From Macrostomum hystrix (taxonomy: Eukaryota; Animalia; Platyhelminthes): a stretch of DNA of 64,000 nucleotides. Each line of letters begins with the position of its first letter. The stretch's first letter is position 1. The notes beneath the pieces were generated by a model. The model worked only from the letters and a program-made list of their open reading frames with translations, searched no databases and was not told the origin of the DNA. Positions 50,038-64,000 of this stretch are shown piece after piece. The DNA is taken from the NCBI GenBank assembly GCA_950097015.1, contig CATNEN010000003.1, positions 5,828,001 to 5,892,000 of the forward strand, in the 5' to 3' direction. The position numbers were made by a program, and so were the translations under genes.

Positions 50038-50345
50038 TAGCATAGTGGATAGAGCGTCGGACTCACGACTTGAAGGTCGTTGGTTCGATTCCCGACTCCA
50101 CTGCAACAATTTGTGCCCTTAAGCAAGACACTTAACTCTGCATTGCTTCAGTTCACCTAGCTGTTAAATGCGTGCCAGCATTAGCCGGGGTTATTGGAGG
50201 GTGGGTGTGGCGTCCTTCCAGTCCATGGACTGAACAGCTACCGTACGCTGCCTTCAGATGCGCCGCGCAATAGCTGCGGCTGTGTTTTCGGCTGCACATG
50301 CGACCCAAATCGGGCAGGTGTAATAAATTATTATTATTATTATTA
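50038..50345 (+). mobile_element. tRNA-derived SINE family B with CORE-like central domain (full length)
   Basis: A box tagcatagtgg, B box ggttcgattccc. Central tgtgcccttaagcaagacacttaactctgcattgcttcagttcacctagctgttaaatg resembles the MIR/CORE consensus. (att)n tail. Confidence 0.8.
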
Positions 50346-53300
50346 AAAATTATTGTTGATAATTAAAAACCTGTTAGGCTGATAAATACCTGTTAGACAT
50401 ATAGTTACATGCCGATTTGACAACAGCAAGGACAGAATAAAGCAAACAGGTGAGAGATTAACAAATCCTTAACCCGTGAACAGGTGACAGCAGAAAAAAT
50501 GGTCTCAGATATGCTTGTCATAACGGAACATGAAAAAAGTACAGTGATCAGGGTCGCTATATTTTAAAAAACAGAATAACTTTTCCAGACCAGTTAGTAT
50601 ATGATTTCCGAGTGTTTTATGCTAATTACAATTGTAAAAGTTCCTACATTTTCACACCTGCCTATGAAATTATCTCTCTCTCACTTGCTGTAACAAATGG
50701 GCGTGTCCAACTTCGAATTGCAGTTCGAGTGAGTAATAACAGATTTTGTTGGAGCCGAATGGTGAGACATAAACGGAAATTCTGAAGATCAAGTTTCACT
50801 ATGGTAACGGCAGCAACCGCCATGTCCAGGTAGACAGCCATTTCAGCAGCAGCAGTACGAGACCAGCCTAATAAATGTTTCTTGATATTTAGATCCTGTG
50901 GACAATTCCTGGACCCCTGGACAAAAAGCGTAAATGACATCTGCTGGCCGTTTCTGAGGGACACGCTACAGAGAGGGAACTTCAGCAAGAATGTTGAGTC
51001 ATGAGTTAACATGACACACCCAAACTAATATTGCTTTATACGAGCGTATTTCTCCCGCTGCATATTAAGTAAATAAATTGATAAAAAAAACTTACTGTTG
51101 CTTCTTTCGCGTTTTATGAGTTTTCTTATTTTCCTCAATCGAATTCATGCTAGCTATTCATCCTACTAATAAGTAGACTATTGTGCCTATAACTCAGACA
51201 ACGGTTTTGTATTATATTTGAAGTGTAATTATGTAAATTTATGTAATTATCCGAGGCCATAGACATCGATGATTCAGGAAACCATATTATGCCGCTTACG
51301 TTAGCCAGCCTAAAAGAAGTGTCTATGGTCAAATTACTGTTCTCAAAGAAATACTTTCAGCCGCTTGATAATCCAGCTATTAATATCACAAAAGAACATA
51401 AAAGAGTTAAAAAATGGAGATTTACCATAGACAATTTACCATTTACCATATCAGAGTGCAATATTTCTTCTGTCTATGGCACAGCCCCACTGGTTCCTAC
51501 AGTTTGTTGCACTTACGAGCCGTGCACTATCTTTTTATTTCTACCGTGTGACAATGAAAAAAGCGTATTTTTGTAGTAAATAAAACAATATTGCACTTCG
51601 AAGTCAAGAGGCAGATCCCAATGATGAAAGAATAGTTCTACTACGAGTAATGCACAGTACAACGATCCACGTATCGATTGGCGTCTCATTCAAATGCATC
51701 ACTCATTATACTATTATTATAAAGACAAACAGTACTAGATGATGAGCACTCTCCAGCTAGGGCTCCAGGTAGGGATAGATAAATCAAAACGCATACAAGC
51801 GCACGCAATATTCTGCGAGAGAATTCTACAGGCCATTGCGCTGTTGGTTTTGCAGCTAGCCAGCAATGTTTCATTGAGTTTTAGGCAGAACAGAGGAGCT
51901 AGACTGCTAAAATGAAGCACTGGCACGGACCCCTCCACCACTAATTAGCATTTCTGTCGCGCCATCTCTTTCCCTCTCGCCACCCTCCCTGTGTCTCTTT
52001 CAGTGGCACTTCCATCAATCCCAAATCCCGGCGTGCAATGCAATGGGATTAGACAAATGTAAGCAAAAATGTCCTGAGTGGATGATTACTGAGCTGCGGC
52101 GGTTGCTGAGAACCGTGGAGTATTCCTACTCCATGGTCGCCCATACAATTGCTGCCAAAACGTTGGTCGCATAATTTTTTTGGCCAGCCAATTAGCAGCT
52201 GAGCGAGATCTCCTACCGATTGGCGGTCCAATCAGCAGTCTCTGGCCGATGCAGTTTTGAGTTGTCGGACAAAGAGAAGCCGGCGTTGATGATTTGACGG
52301 TGAGGTTTGTGTGGATCTTGGGATGATAACGGATCGCGTTTCTCAGTTTAAGTCGCGCCTAATCCAGCCCGATATCGGAGGCGGTTGTTAGTCTGATTAA
52401 AAGTCTGCAGCACAACTATCGGCATGGAGATGAAGAGTTTGAGCTAATCTCTCAATGCGCTGAATTTCTGACACGTCGTCGAAGTTTTCTAGCCAAGCAA
52501 ACACTGGTGAGTCTCTTGAATGATGCTGTAGCAAACCTTTGTTTTATGAAGAACAAAGACATCGACTTTTTTATTCTGTCTACTGGCTTTTGTAGCTTTG
52601 CTACATTCTCTATTGTTGCCGGTTGGGTAGCAGGCAGCAGGATTTCTGAAGTTCACGCGTGGGATCCGAAATCAAATCATCGACAGGGATTTCTCGAAGA
52701 TAAATAAGCTCCAACGTCACCGCAGCTGCAGCCCTTACAACAAAATTCCCGGACCCCGTCATCGCCTGCCATTGTCGTTTCTGCTGAAGCAGCATAAAAA
52801 CGCTGCATGCTATGACGTACGCGTTTGCATTTTAGCTTGGCAGTCAGCCGCCTCTCCCGTTACCTTAATCTGAGAAGCAACAGGCAGAAAACAGGTGAGC
52901 GAAAATTCCCCAACCTGTTACTGACCGAGGCTGGCTAAACCATCTCCCATCAATTTTTATCACCCTTAGCGTCTCTGTCCCAGCCCACTCAGTACCTCTT
53001 CACGTTTCATTTGCTCTCAAGCTTAGCATAGCCCCCTTAGTCCGTCTCATTTACAATGTGCTCCTGCACTGCAGGGTTAGACCTGCCTGTTAGCAGCGTC
53101 ATATCCTTGCTGCCACAGTCATTCTGAATTGTTCTATTTAATGTTGCGGGGGGTGAGTGTAGGAAAGGCCAGAGCAGACCGACTGCCTTCCTAGCTGCCG
53201 GCTGGATGTATCTCTGCCCACCCAAGCAGTTGTTTGCAAAGCAGAGCGCTAACCGGTTCGTCTTGGCGTCCAATGCAATCTAAACCGACCGTCCTCGATA

Positions 53301-55072
53301 ATGGCCTTTTAACCTTCCCTGAAGTCGTTGGCAGCGTTTCAATAATGCAGCCACCACCTGGAACGGGGCAGTGCTCTCACACTCTAAGGCTATGGAGAAG
53401 GTACAGGCTTGACTACCTCGTCAAGCTGAGAAACCCAAAAAATCAACGATCAATAAGTTCTCGCCCACGAAGAAGGGGAATTTTTCGCGTGCTTCGCATC
53501 GCATAGCCCTGTGACTCATCTACATTTTTCAACATTTTCTTCGTCTTGAGTCTACAACTAGAAGGGGTAGATAATAGTACAGTCTCCAGGATGAATACAG
53601 TGGTTCCGCTAGAGTCAGCGAACGGTTAGCTTTTTTATAAGGATAAAATAACATACCATTTCCCTTCTCAAATGCCAAGACTATGTTTCCTTAATCCCTG
53701 GAGAGAGTCAAGGGTAAGATAGAGGGGAATTCAAGTGTCCCAGAGCCCATGATAATCCTATTTGAAGGACAGTTATACAGTACACGACCTGAGTGGGGTA
53801 GATTTAATTGCGAATTCTTTAAATGAAATTCGATTTCATTTTCTGCAATAATGAGCAACATGATGGGCTTGGCTCTTCAATTTTAACATTCTGTAGAACT
53901 ACTGGAAACACGTAATTCGCATTTTACGGAGCGTTTTTATGCAAAACAGATTTCTAGAAAAGTGTTGTTTCCCCTGAAATTTTATCCTTAACATCACCAT
54001 GATTTTGGTCACTCACGCGAAATCAGTTTCGTGAATAAGCTGCGTATAAGATGAACACCGTCATATTTCCGAAAATCATAAAAGAAACATTTTAACGATG
54101 TTGCATGACTCGTGGGTATAATTTTTCCTAGCCATATGTAAATACAAACGTTAGACTTTTTATTCGAACGAGGCTCAAAACTGCTTGCTTCCGTGAGACG
54201 GGTTGAGTACATGGAGACCTGTTTGGGTGGGGTCTCACCTGTACTAGGCGATAGACTGCAGCATGGGACTTGTCGCTCTCCCCCGGTTGATGAAGGAGAG
54301 GACGAGCAGAACAACAAGAAATTATTTAGAAGTGAGCACGACAGCTTATTATATTTTCTTTTCCTTGGCCTGCCGCAGACCGATATTAATTTTATTGATC
54401 GAAACTGCACATGGCCCGCGGGTAGTAGGCAACGGATCTCTGCGACAGAAAGCAAATCATTTCAGAATCAAATAATGACTAACTGGGGTTGAATTGTATA
54501 GTCTCAGTATGATTCTTTGTCAAAATCTTACTTACCTGTTGACGCTGGTGTGACATTCACCTGTGCTACACGACTCCAAGCAGCTTTCGGTCGCACCTCT
54601 CACAATCCTTGCCGCCAAAGTTGTAAGCTGAACAGGCCAAATGAACAATTAGGCCTATGTCAGTCTCTGCATACTTCTTAATGAGAGCAACAACAATAGG
54701 GTGTGTAGGTTGTTTAGAAGGCGAGACTCATCATCTTTTCATTCCTAGCCAGGTAGATCACAGTGGATTGCTAAGGAGTGACGAACTTCATTTGCTACTA
54801 GATAGTTTTTTGCTGAAAGATTCTCTCGTAAGGGGTAGAGAAAGTTAGCATATAACTAATAACGAAATGCTCTTACAAATAAGTGCTTTATAGATCTGTT
54901 TGTAAAAGTGGCTCACCGTTAAAGTCCAGCCCTTTAATGATTCATATTGTGAATGAATGACTTGTGACTGAGTGAGATAGGAAAAAACTGTTGTTCATTT
55001 GAAATCTTACACAATATTATTTGACAATCTGCACCAATTTCAGCGAAACTAGCAATTAAGACAGCCTATCAA

Positions 55073-58000
55073 ATGTCCTCCTTCATGTGTGCTCCACGCG
55101 ACGATCCATTCGTCCTTTCGTCAACACCTTCGCCAGCTGCAGCCACCAATTCCGCCACGGTAGCAGCCACAGCTGTAGCAGCGACGCCATCTGCAACAAG
55201 CTCTTCACCAGCCATGATGTCGACAAAATCGGCTTCGTCCCGCTCAGCTAGACAGTGCTCAGCCACCTCGACAGGTGTTGCTGGACCCGCGCTATCTCAC
55301 TGCTCATGCAATGATTCTGCCTACTCCAGCCTTTATGGAACAGGATCTGCTGGTCATGTAAGAAGTCGATTCGGTGTTGGATTTTTTATTAAACCGAATA
55401 GTTTCTTACAAGGCTACTTCCCAATAATCCTTTACCCAGGAATATCCAGAAAATCCACCACAGAGAAAAATTCACTGCTCTTTACTCACATATAATTCGA
55501 TAATCCATCAGATTGTGAATATTCAATATTTCTTCGCCCAGCTGCCATTCGATAATTAATACCCAGATAAAATTTCCCTGTTTCAGCGATAAAAAAATAA
55601 AATAAGCAGACAATCCTACCTCTTGTCTTACCTTGGTTTGTCTTAATATTTAAAAGTAAAATTTTTTTATTCGATAACACGCTTCAGTTGGGTCAGATGT
55701 GCAGACACAGCTCAGCCGCAGCTATTGCGCCGCGCATCTCTAAAGGCTGTAGACGGCTGTTCAGTCCATCGACTGGTGTGACGCCACAGACACCCTCAAT
55801 TAAGCCCAGGTAGTGATGGTACCCGTTTAACAGTTGGGTAAACTGATGCAGTGCAGTTGCTGGTTAAATGATGCGAATTTTTCCAGTGGAGTTTTGAATC
55901 GAACCCCTGACCTCAAGTGAGTGTTACGCTCTAAACACTAGGCTATAATCCCATAAATTTCATTATTTGTACCAAAAAAGGCCAAATTAGTAGGCTAAAT
56001 ATATGTAATAACAAAATTTCTTTTTAAACGTTTCTAGACTGTTGACCAGTGCCCAGTAAATTAGCGAAAAAATGCTGTCAAATTTTATAGCACTGGGTAA
56101 AGTAATCTAGTGAAATGGAATATTAGCATCTGCTTAATCCGGAAAGGACAGCGTTTTTGTTGGCCATCGGACTTCTCAAATCCTTCCATTCTATTTGATT
56201 AACTGCACATGACGAATCGCAAGCTCAATAAATCTATTGTACCAGCAGCAATGTACTATTGCCAATCATTTTTAGAAGGCGACCAAGAAGGTTTTTAAAC
56301 ATCAGGATTAGAATAAAAAAAATTAAAAATTCAAAACTGAGCAAACACCATACGGTTTGGCTGTCTTTATGGCTGTGTCGCAGTACTCAACTCTCTGTCC
56401 CGAGCAGCTGGAGAAGGAGACTTACCTCTTTCCGCTGCATTTGGGTTTCTATCTTTCTGACTGCGCTGTCTTCCGCTACATGTATAGGACTGGAAGCAAC
56501 TGGTCCTCGCCATTCAGCTCTTTCCACTGGCGGAGATTTCTCCCGTGCTGCGTCCCGAAAAAAGAAGCAAAAAAGTCGAGTCTTCTTCCTTCTCCCCTAC
56601 GTCAATGCCGGGCGGTTGGAGTCCATGTAGCTATACTCACTCCTCGGCACAAAAACCGGTACACGATGGCGAGAAGAAAGAGATACACCACAGCCTTTTC
56701 TGTGCCAGAACAGTGTTGCATGCTTTTACATTCAGTGGCAAAACAACTCTCTGGACAATTGCCTGCCTCTCTGTCTGTCTACGTGGCCATCAGGGCCAAA
56801 GAAATTTGCTTCTCTGACAAAAGTTTATTGTTTGTGTTGTTGCAACTGTGAGTTAGCGCAATCTGCTACAATGGTGGATTTCGCGAAACGGAACAAACCA
56901 AACTGTTCATATCTTCGTGCCATCTATCCTCACTTTGCTCACCGCCCATTCCTACGCATGTTCAAACCTCATTCTGTCGTCGATTCATTTTTTACTGTTT
57001 TTACTATTGAGCCATCGCGAAAGACAACCATTTTTCTAATATTTAAGATAGCATTCCTTCTGCGATGCTTTTGCGTCTCGGAAAAAAAATCTGTGATTTC
57101 ATCGATACATTCCTTCCGTAGATTAGCTCGTAGTCGAGTCTAGTCAAAATGTTTTTGAGCCAACAAAAATACTCGATTGGCTTTTCGCCATTCCATACAA
57201 ATCACCTCCATCTGCCTTCACTCTCGGGGCCTTTGAAAAGTCAATTTCTTGATTTTTCTAGCCTGGCTTTCAACATCGATCCTTAACATTGCAGAGAGTC
57301 CCCCAGTTTTTGCAAATCGATGCAGGCAGCCTAGAAGGCTGTGGATGCAGAACTCAGACATCCGCGGGTATGAGTACTACTGTATATACCTCAACGTCGC
57401 TAAAAAGTGACCTTCGCAACTTTCAAAGCTCCTGGAGTTCGTTGAAACCCACTTCTATTTTCGTACTTTTCTCAGGCGTAAATAGCGGGAAAAAATAGCG
57501 TATCAGGCCGAATCACCGGTGGAGAATAGACCCCAATTGCCAATGACAGTTCCCTGTTAATATTAGCTTCTTTTCTCCCTTCTCGCCTATCCCTTCTCAA
57601 ATCCATGCAGTTTTCCCTTCAGTTGAAATCTTGACATACACACACACACACACAGGAATACACGTCAGAAAAATGGAGAGATTTAAAAGAGGAAGAAAGT
57701 TATCGAACACTCGAGTCTCATCCCACGTCTGTCCATCCCACAGTCCGCTCAGATTAGTTGGTCCTGGCCGTATTCGCCATGTGCAGCGTAAAGTCATCAC
57801 TCGCCCTATGCCGACCAGCTCACGGGGACCCCCGACTATCTCGAGACTCAACTTGGCCATCCCACTCTGTACTGCGTGGAACCTCTTAGCCTTCTTAAAA
57901 TTATGCGTATACGCTCGTACGTTCATGTATATAAGAGCTGTGTGTGTAAGCATTACATGCCGCTTGGCAAATGCAAGCTACCAAAGAATACACAAAACTG

Positions 58001-61000
58001 CCCGAACACACCCACGCACACACACAACACCTTTATCCGCTCGCTCCGTTATTTAGTCCCCGCGGGGCAAGTCCATCGAGAGCTCGCCCGACTCCCCGAG
58101 TTTTCCAATTCCTTTCATCCCTAGCTTTGGGCCGCCGTGCGAGTCCCAATTTCTTCTCCTGTGCAATTTCTCATTGCGCAGATCCCTTCTCATCATTATA
58201 CTTCTTATCTCCTTGCTGCGATGTAGTTGTGAGCGTACAAGTACAAAGTAGTTGGAACACTAGTGGGCGCAATATCGATCAAAACTTATTCGATCACAAA
58301 CAAAGTTTATAAGTATCAAAATTTTACTTTTGTGGAAGGTATTAAACAAGTCGTTGAAATTTCATGCTCAAATAATCCGATTTTTCTATGGGCTGAGCTT
58401 CATGGGTTTGCAGCCTAGTGGTTAGTCGGCCTCACGACTCGAAGGTCGCGGGTTTGATTCCCGACATGAACGCATAACTAGAAAAGTTATAAATTAAGTA
58501 AGTTAAAAAAACTATCGATGCACAATATCTACCATTGCTGAGCAAATTTATAAGCCTTAGGATTGAAATTTTATTCTATCCGCCCATTTCCTTTTCGGAA
58601 GCTGATTTATCTATTCCTTTGTATCTGGTAGATTATCATTAAGGTCAGTCCAGGGTCAATCTCTGTGTCAGCGGTGCATTCCCAACAGAATTTCATCACA
58701 CACTCAGCACTGAAATTTTTCCGGAGTCGAACTTCCTGATCCTAATCCTCTAATTAGTCTGGATTAGCCCATTGCTGAGAGATGCTTCCATAAGAGTTCT
58801 GTTCGTCTTGTTATCTGTAGGACAGAGAAAAAATTGCTTTCTGCAAATATCAATGCAAAGAATTGCTCTAATTTATATAAATAATAATCATATACAATTA
58901 AGGGCAGCATGTTGAATAAGAAAATGTTCCGCTCTTTTTTAGCCAAAAGAAATTTCTTTGTTTTTACATACAGACTCATTGAAAAATTTTATATAGACGA
59001 GATGCATATTTCCTACGAAGTCTCCACTGATTGCTAGACTATAAGTCTAAGATCGGGTAATGCGCCTCTCGCACCAAGGTCCCCTCAAGCAGCCGCGGAG
59101 AAAGGATTGTCGTACAGTTTACACCCTTGAAGGTCGACCTCCAAGGCACAGTGAGAGTGTACACTGCCATGAGAAAGTCAGGGAAAATGTACACACATGC
59201 GTGTGAGTGTGTGCCTATGTACAGTATCCGTGTGCCTGCGTGCTCAGGAGTCATGGGAATGACTGCACCAAATGATATGCATCCGGAAATATTAACATGA
59301 TTACTCCTCAGACGCATCAGATGCAGCAGAAACCGCAACAACAGCAGCAGCAGCAGCAGCTGGAAAAGTCTTGTCAGCACGCGCCGCAGAGGCGCAGACG
59401 CAGCCGACCTTCGGCCAGTCAGGAGTACGTCGACCAATTGCTGCTGCCGCAGTGCCGAACAACTACATCGTTTCGCGCTGTCTACGACTTATCTCCTGGA
59501 TCCTCGGAGGCAGCAACCGCCAGTGGTGCACCAGCATCAACTGTGAGTGCTGGCATTAGTGCAACAGCTGCAGCGGCGGCGGCGGCGGCGGCGGCAGCAG
59601 TGGCAATGCCTGCTGGCACATCAGGCACCGAAGGCTCGATGACCAGATCAGAGCGAAGGGACCAGAATTTACTGCTGGATACAAGCGACGCCGAGAATGA
59701 AGATGAGGAGACGAATTTTAATGTGAGTAACATAAGTTTTTCTTTTGTGTTCATCCATAGGTAGTAAATATTGTTTAATCTTCGCTGGGCTGCTAGGTTG
59801 CGACCTAAAAATGAAGACTCACTCCTGTAAGCTAAGAACAACTTTTTGTTGCTTATTCTCACAATTTTGCCACTTGATAAAATTAGACGATCGACGAAAT
59901 TGGCGAGTGGCGACTTGAGAGCTGGAAGAGCTACAGACATATCCACTACAGTCGTTGCAATGACTTGTTAGGCAAGTGAAGTGCAAGTGAGAAAGTCAGA
60001 TCGATAATAGCGGGTTAGCAATGGGTCCACATTTGGTGTACTAGCACTAAGCAAAGCAGAATCGTTCTTTATCTAGCAGTTACGAGACAAAGCGAGTTAA
60101 TTTCCTACATTATTATTACAATTACACACTAAATTCAATTCTGAAATGTACTGGCACTGTCAGGTAAAATTTAAGACAGAACAGTGCAGCAATAAAGCTT
60201 CAAGTTGACGCGCAAAGACACTTTAGAGGCCGGTCATTGTAAGCATGTAACTGGATTAAAGTGGAACAAATGCAACTTTAGTATCCACGAAAAACTTTAA
60301 CAAAACACCGAGTTTATTAATACAACCGTAAATCGAGCGGATTGCACTCAGCTTCATGATAAACTGTCTAGCGAAAAGTAACGAAAATCTTTTTTTTAAT
60401 CTGGTCGTCGTCCTTTCTTTGGCAACTGGTTCTGGTTCACAGACCGGTGCAGTTTAGCTCAGGCTAATCTTCTGCAGTCTTCAGATGCCATGGCTTGCCA
60501 TCAAATGGCTGTCGGGCCAATTAAAGTTGATTGATTTTCACTTCCCACTGAAGTCCCCCCCGAAGGAGTGGAAAAGCGTCCCGTGAATATTGAACGGTGC
60601 AAGCTCCTTTTTGACGTGGAGAATGAGTTTTTTGTTTGAAAAAAAGTGAAATGAAACCACGTAACAGTTAAAGTCTTAGCTGACAGCAGCTCGCCTATAG
60701 ACTGATTGGTATTCACTGCTTAGAAGGCTCACAACCGTTGTGGTGGTCTCTTTGGCAGTGAAACGGGCGCGGAGGCCTAGGGCCAAAGAAGCGGGAAGCA
60801 AAGACGGTGAGAGGTGGCGGGGAATCACCCCAATTTCAAGGCGGTCTCTCTTCTGTCTGACCCGCAGCCTAGCCCCCTAGACACTTGCAATCTAACCCAG
60901 GGTGATCTCGCCTTCCTCTCGCGTTGTGGTCAATCGCTCACATTTCTTATGCTAATTGGAAAGCAGTGCACGACCACTTGGTCTTGGGACAGCATTGGAG

Positions 61001-64000
61001 GGCTCCGTGTGGACTGTTGGGGTTGGGGCTTCTGATCTCATCATCGCTAGCCAAACAGATACACTCGCAGACACGCGTGAGCCCTGGGGGCGGCTCCCCT
61101 CCCCACTTTAGCCAAGCGCTCACTGTGTGTTTGGACGTCTCCTTAGACTGTCAGGGGGGGCAGTCGCGGGACTAGTCGTGAGCCAGTGAGGACGAGGAGG
61201 AACGAGCGACGCAACGAGCCCGGGAAGAAGGAATGATAGCAGCGGCGTTGATTGATACGACTGCGGGGTGGCGTTAGTCGAGAGACGGAATCAGACGAGA
61301 CTTCTGCAGGCCTTGGAGCAGCAAGTGGCTAGCCTAGCCTCGCATAGAGAAGAGTGTTTAGGAGAGGCAATTGGATTGTTTGCGGCTCTGGCCCCAAAGC
61401 AGCCCAATTAATTAAGAATCTGTGTGCGCCCTGGCCCCAGCTCCCTGTCTCTTTCTCATTTTTCTTTTCTTTTCTTTCTCTTAAGCATAGTCTAGCAGCT
61501 AGAAAGAGTTTGAATTACATTCCGGATCAAAGAGTTCGGAATCAATTTTTCTCTCCCTCAAAAATAAATAAACCACCGATAGTTTGCTATAACCAAGGGT
61601 TAATTTGAATGATGTGTGTGCTCCGTGTTAATTAGATTGTATATAATATGCGATTTACACTGAATCGGATGCAAAAATTCTTCATACTTGCAGAACCAAG
61701 AACTTCAGTAATTTTCCATAACCTTCAGTTCATAAAATGATGAATTACAAAGTATTCGAATTTGTTTCCGTACTAAAATACTGACGGTTGTTTATAAACA
61801 AGAGCTTTTTGACTGACAGACCTGTTACTAAAGTGAAAATCTGTGCAGACTTGATGGAGTTAGTCAAGATGCATTAGGGAATTTCCCAGTGAGTCCACAC
61901 TCTCCCGGTGAGTCCGCTGTTGTTATCAGTACTCAAACGAGTTACCAATTCCTATCTCGTATGCCTCTAATCTTTGGAATGATAAGCTATTATCCCCTCG
62001 GCTAATTCGCATTTCCCTGCCTGTCTGTCCCCCTGTTAGCTCTTGACTCGAGTTAACATCCAGTAAATCTTGAGGCTTATTGCATAATATCATATTTTCC
62101 TATTCAATCTGCTGGTTCTAGCTTCCCGACATGCTTGCACTCAGTTTAATGAACTCTGATTCAAACCGCAGGTGTTTGATAGCACAGAAAGACTGTCAGC
62201 AACCAGTACACTGTACTCGACTGTGCGTCGGGCTCGTAATTCTCGAGTTCAAGAGTTTTACAATCAGGTAAATAAATAGTTCGTTCAAGCTACAATATAC
62301 AAGTGCACACTAAACCATCTGCAAACCTGTCCAACAACGCACAGTGCACATGCACTTTTAAATATTGAGTCGTGACATTATACTCGTCTACTGGCGACTG
62401 TATTTTTTTTAGTTTTTTTTAACGATTACATAGCTTGTACTAGTAGTGAATGAGCTTGGCATTAAGTGTTGCCACTTTTGAAATACATCTGTCGCTTAAA
62501 TTAACAAAGGCATCTAACAATTTTGCTTTGTGAATTGTAAATGATTAACACTAATTAATCGCACTGAAGCACCATCTTGACAATTAATTACGACCAAATT
62601 AGTAAGTTGCATTCCGAATCGAACTGATATGAAAAATACAAATAGGCCATACTGCAAGCTGGGAAATGAGCCACTTTTCTAGGCTTACCAGATTGCTCGA
62701 AACGTTTGATTGCTTCACTAATGCTCTAGCTTGTAGGAGCTACTGCCCATTGTCTAAAAAAGTCTTCAGAAGTGGGTGCTGTCCATTACTACCGGGAATT
62801 CCAGTCCTATACCTGCCTTCTCACCCGTGTTCCTCAACAGCACTCTCCCCCCCTACTCTAAGTTGGAGAGCGAGACTATCCCAGAAGCAAGATCTGGCTT
62901 CTCTGCTTCCATCCGCTCTCTCTCTCTCTTTCTGTTGGAGATGGAACAACTCAATAGACTGGTTAAATATTCATCCGCCAATAGCTACCTCATACCTGTG
63001 GCAATCGTGCGACTCTCTTGGCCTACCTTAGAGAGCCATGGTGTGAGCTGGCCTGCATTGCTTCAGAAGCATATAACCAGCTTTATGCTAAAGCCTAACA
63101 CTAAGGTGGAGCAGTTATGGCAGCAAAATTAGTGAAAAGGCAACATACATCACAACTGACAGTCATTATCTTTCTGTGCATGAGTTCTATTCTGTAAATT
63201 CCCCAACGCTTGAAAAAATGTTTTGTTTAATTTCTATTCCTAAATGTTTTCTTTAGCCAAACAACTCAATTCTGCTCACAATTCCAGATGCACAAACTGT
63301 TGTTGTGCATAAATTGGCATTGTGTTTCTAGTTTTTCTGAGTCCCACACTGAAAAATTCTGAGAGACTTTCATTTTTTTGCTTGTCTAAAATTATTTCAG
63401 TCTTGTGCACATCTAAGCAATTGAATAAGGGATTTTTAGCAAATTATGTACAAATCTTGTGCATACGATCAGATTATACAAGTAGAATTCGCTAACCAAA
63501 AACAATTTTTCTACTAATTTTTTGTTGATATCGATAAAATATTTTACAGCTTTAGCAAATTACCCTCTTTCAGTCGCGAAGTGTGGCCTGCACACCAACC
63601 CTGGTCATTCAGAACCAGGCCCGAGGATCACCGTATACCTATACCACCGCCTCTACTGCACCTTGTCGATCCCGGCGTCACTGTCGTTGCCATGCCAACC
63701 AGCAGCTGCATCTGCTGCCACCGCCACCGTCACCTCTGGAAACTGCCCAACCAGAGCTGATGTTTGAACTGATTCAGCAGCAGCAGGAGGCGCCAGTTTT
63801 TGAAAACCCTGACGGCGATGATGATGAGGCTGTGGGGGGCTGGCAGTTACAAAGGCGCAGCCTTCAGCGTCAGCAACACGGAAATCAGCTTCAAGGTCGG
63901 CTGCAGCAGCGCTGCTGGCAGCATGACAGATCCAGTCTGAGCCAGACCAATCACTTAGCTTTCGGTGGAATGGCATCAAACGAAATGGCAATTGCAGGCA
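55073..64000 (+). CDS. Multi-exon low-complexity (Ala/Ser/Gln-rich) protein, 3'-truncated by the window; function unknown
   Basis: Exons 55073-55357 (cat|gtaag), 59312-59722 (cag|..aat|gtgagt) and 63574->64000 (ttttcag|, open to the window end) all join in phase 0. PolyQ and polyA tracts. Confidence 0.6.
55695..55947 (-). mobile_element. SINE family B (degenerate)
   Basis: Reverse-complement match to 50038-50345. Confidence 0.7.
59060..59280 (+). mobile_element. SINE family A (deleted)
   Basis: Family match just upstream of the 59312 acceptor. Confidence 0.72.

Noticed and set aside
50038-50105. tRNA genes (also ~2735-2795, ~58410-58465)
   Set aside because: A/B boxes are present, but there is no clean cloverleaf and they continue into SINE bodies.
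51257-51478. Two small CCATAGAC..GTCTATGG inverted pairs resembling mini P-type elements
   Set aside because: No target-site duplications found and the repeats are too short to be significant.
56259-58312. Several 100-160 aa ORFs within the large intron
   Set aside because: No homology cues or consistent splice phases; likely chance ORFs.

Overview
Eukaryotic (animal) genomic DNA with short GT-AG introns and many SINEs and minisatellites. The overall style suggests an invertebrate such as a free-living flatworm, but I cannot verify the taxon. The first ~42 kb is a cluster of six divergent ionotropic glutamate receptor (iGluR/IR-like) paralogues (orientation +,-,-,+,+,+). Five are complete 12-exon genes and the first is cut by the window edge. 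The ~1.6 kb block encoding the amino-terminal domain (ATD), introns included, is nearly identical in all six copies, while the signal peptides and the ligand-binding, pore and C-terminal exons and introns are strongly diverged. This gives a 'constant ATD / variable sensor-channel' array. Incompatible shared variants and an unconverted island in one copy point to ongoing gene conversion. The paralogues also have non-canonical M3 gates, one genomically encoded Lys at the Q/R site, and a short Cys-terminal tail. Also present: a Rab34/36 pseudogene fragment, an internally deleted THAP/P-element-like transposon, a decayed Crypton (tyrosine recombinase) element with flanking inverted repeats, a LINE 3' end, hAT MITEs, two tRNA-derived SINE families (one CORE-like), a 4-exon divergent Bcl-2-family gene (minus strand, 44.5-47.1 kb), and a low-complexity multi-exon gene running off the right end that might be BH3-only.
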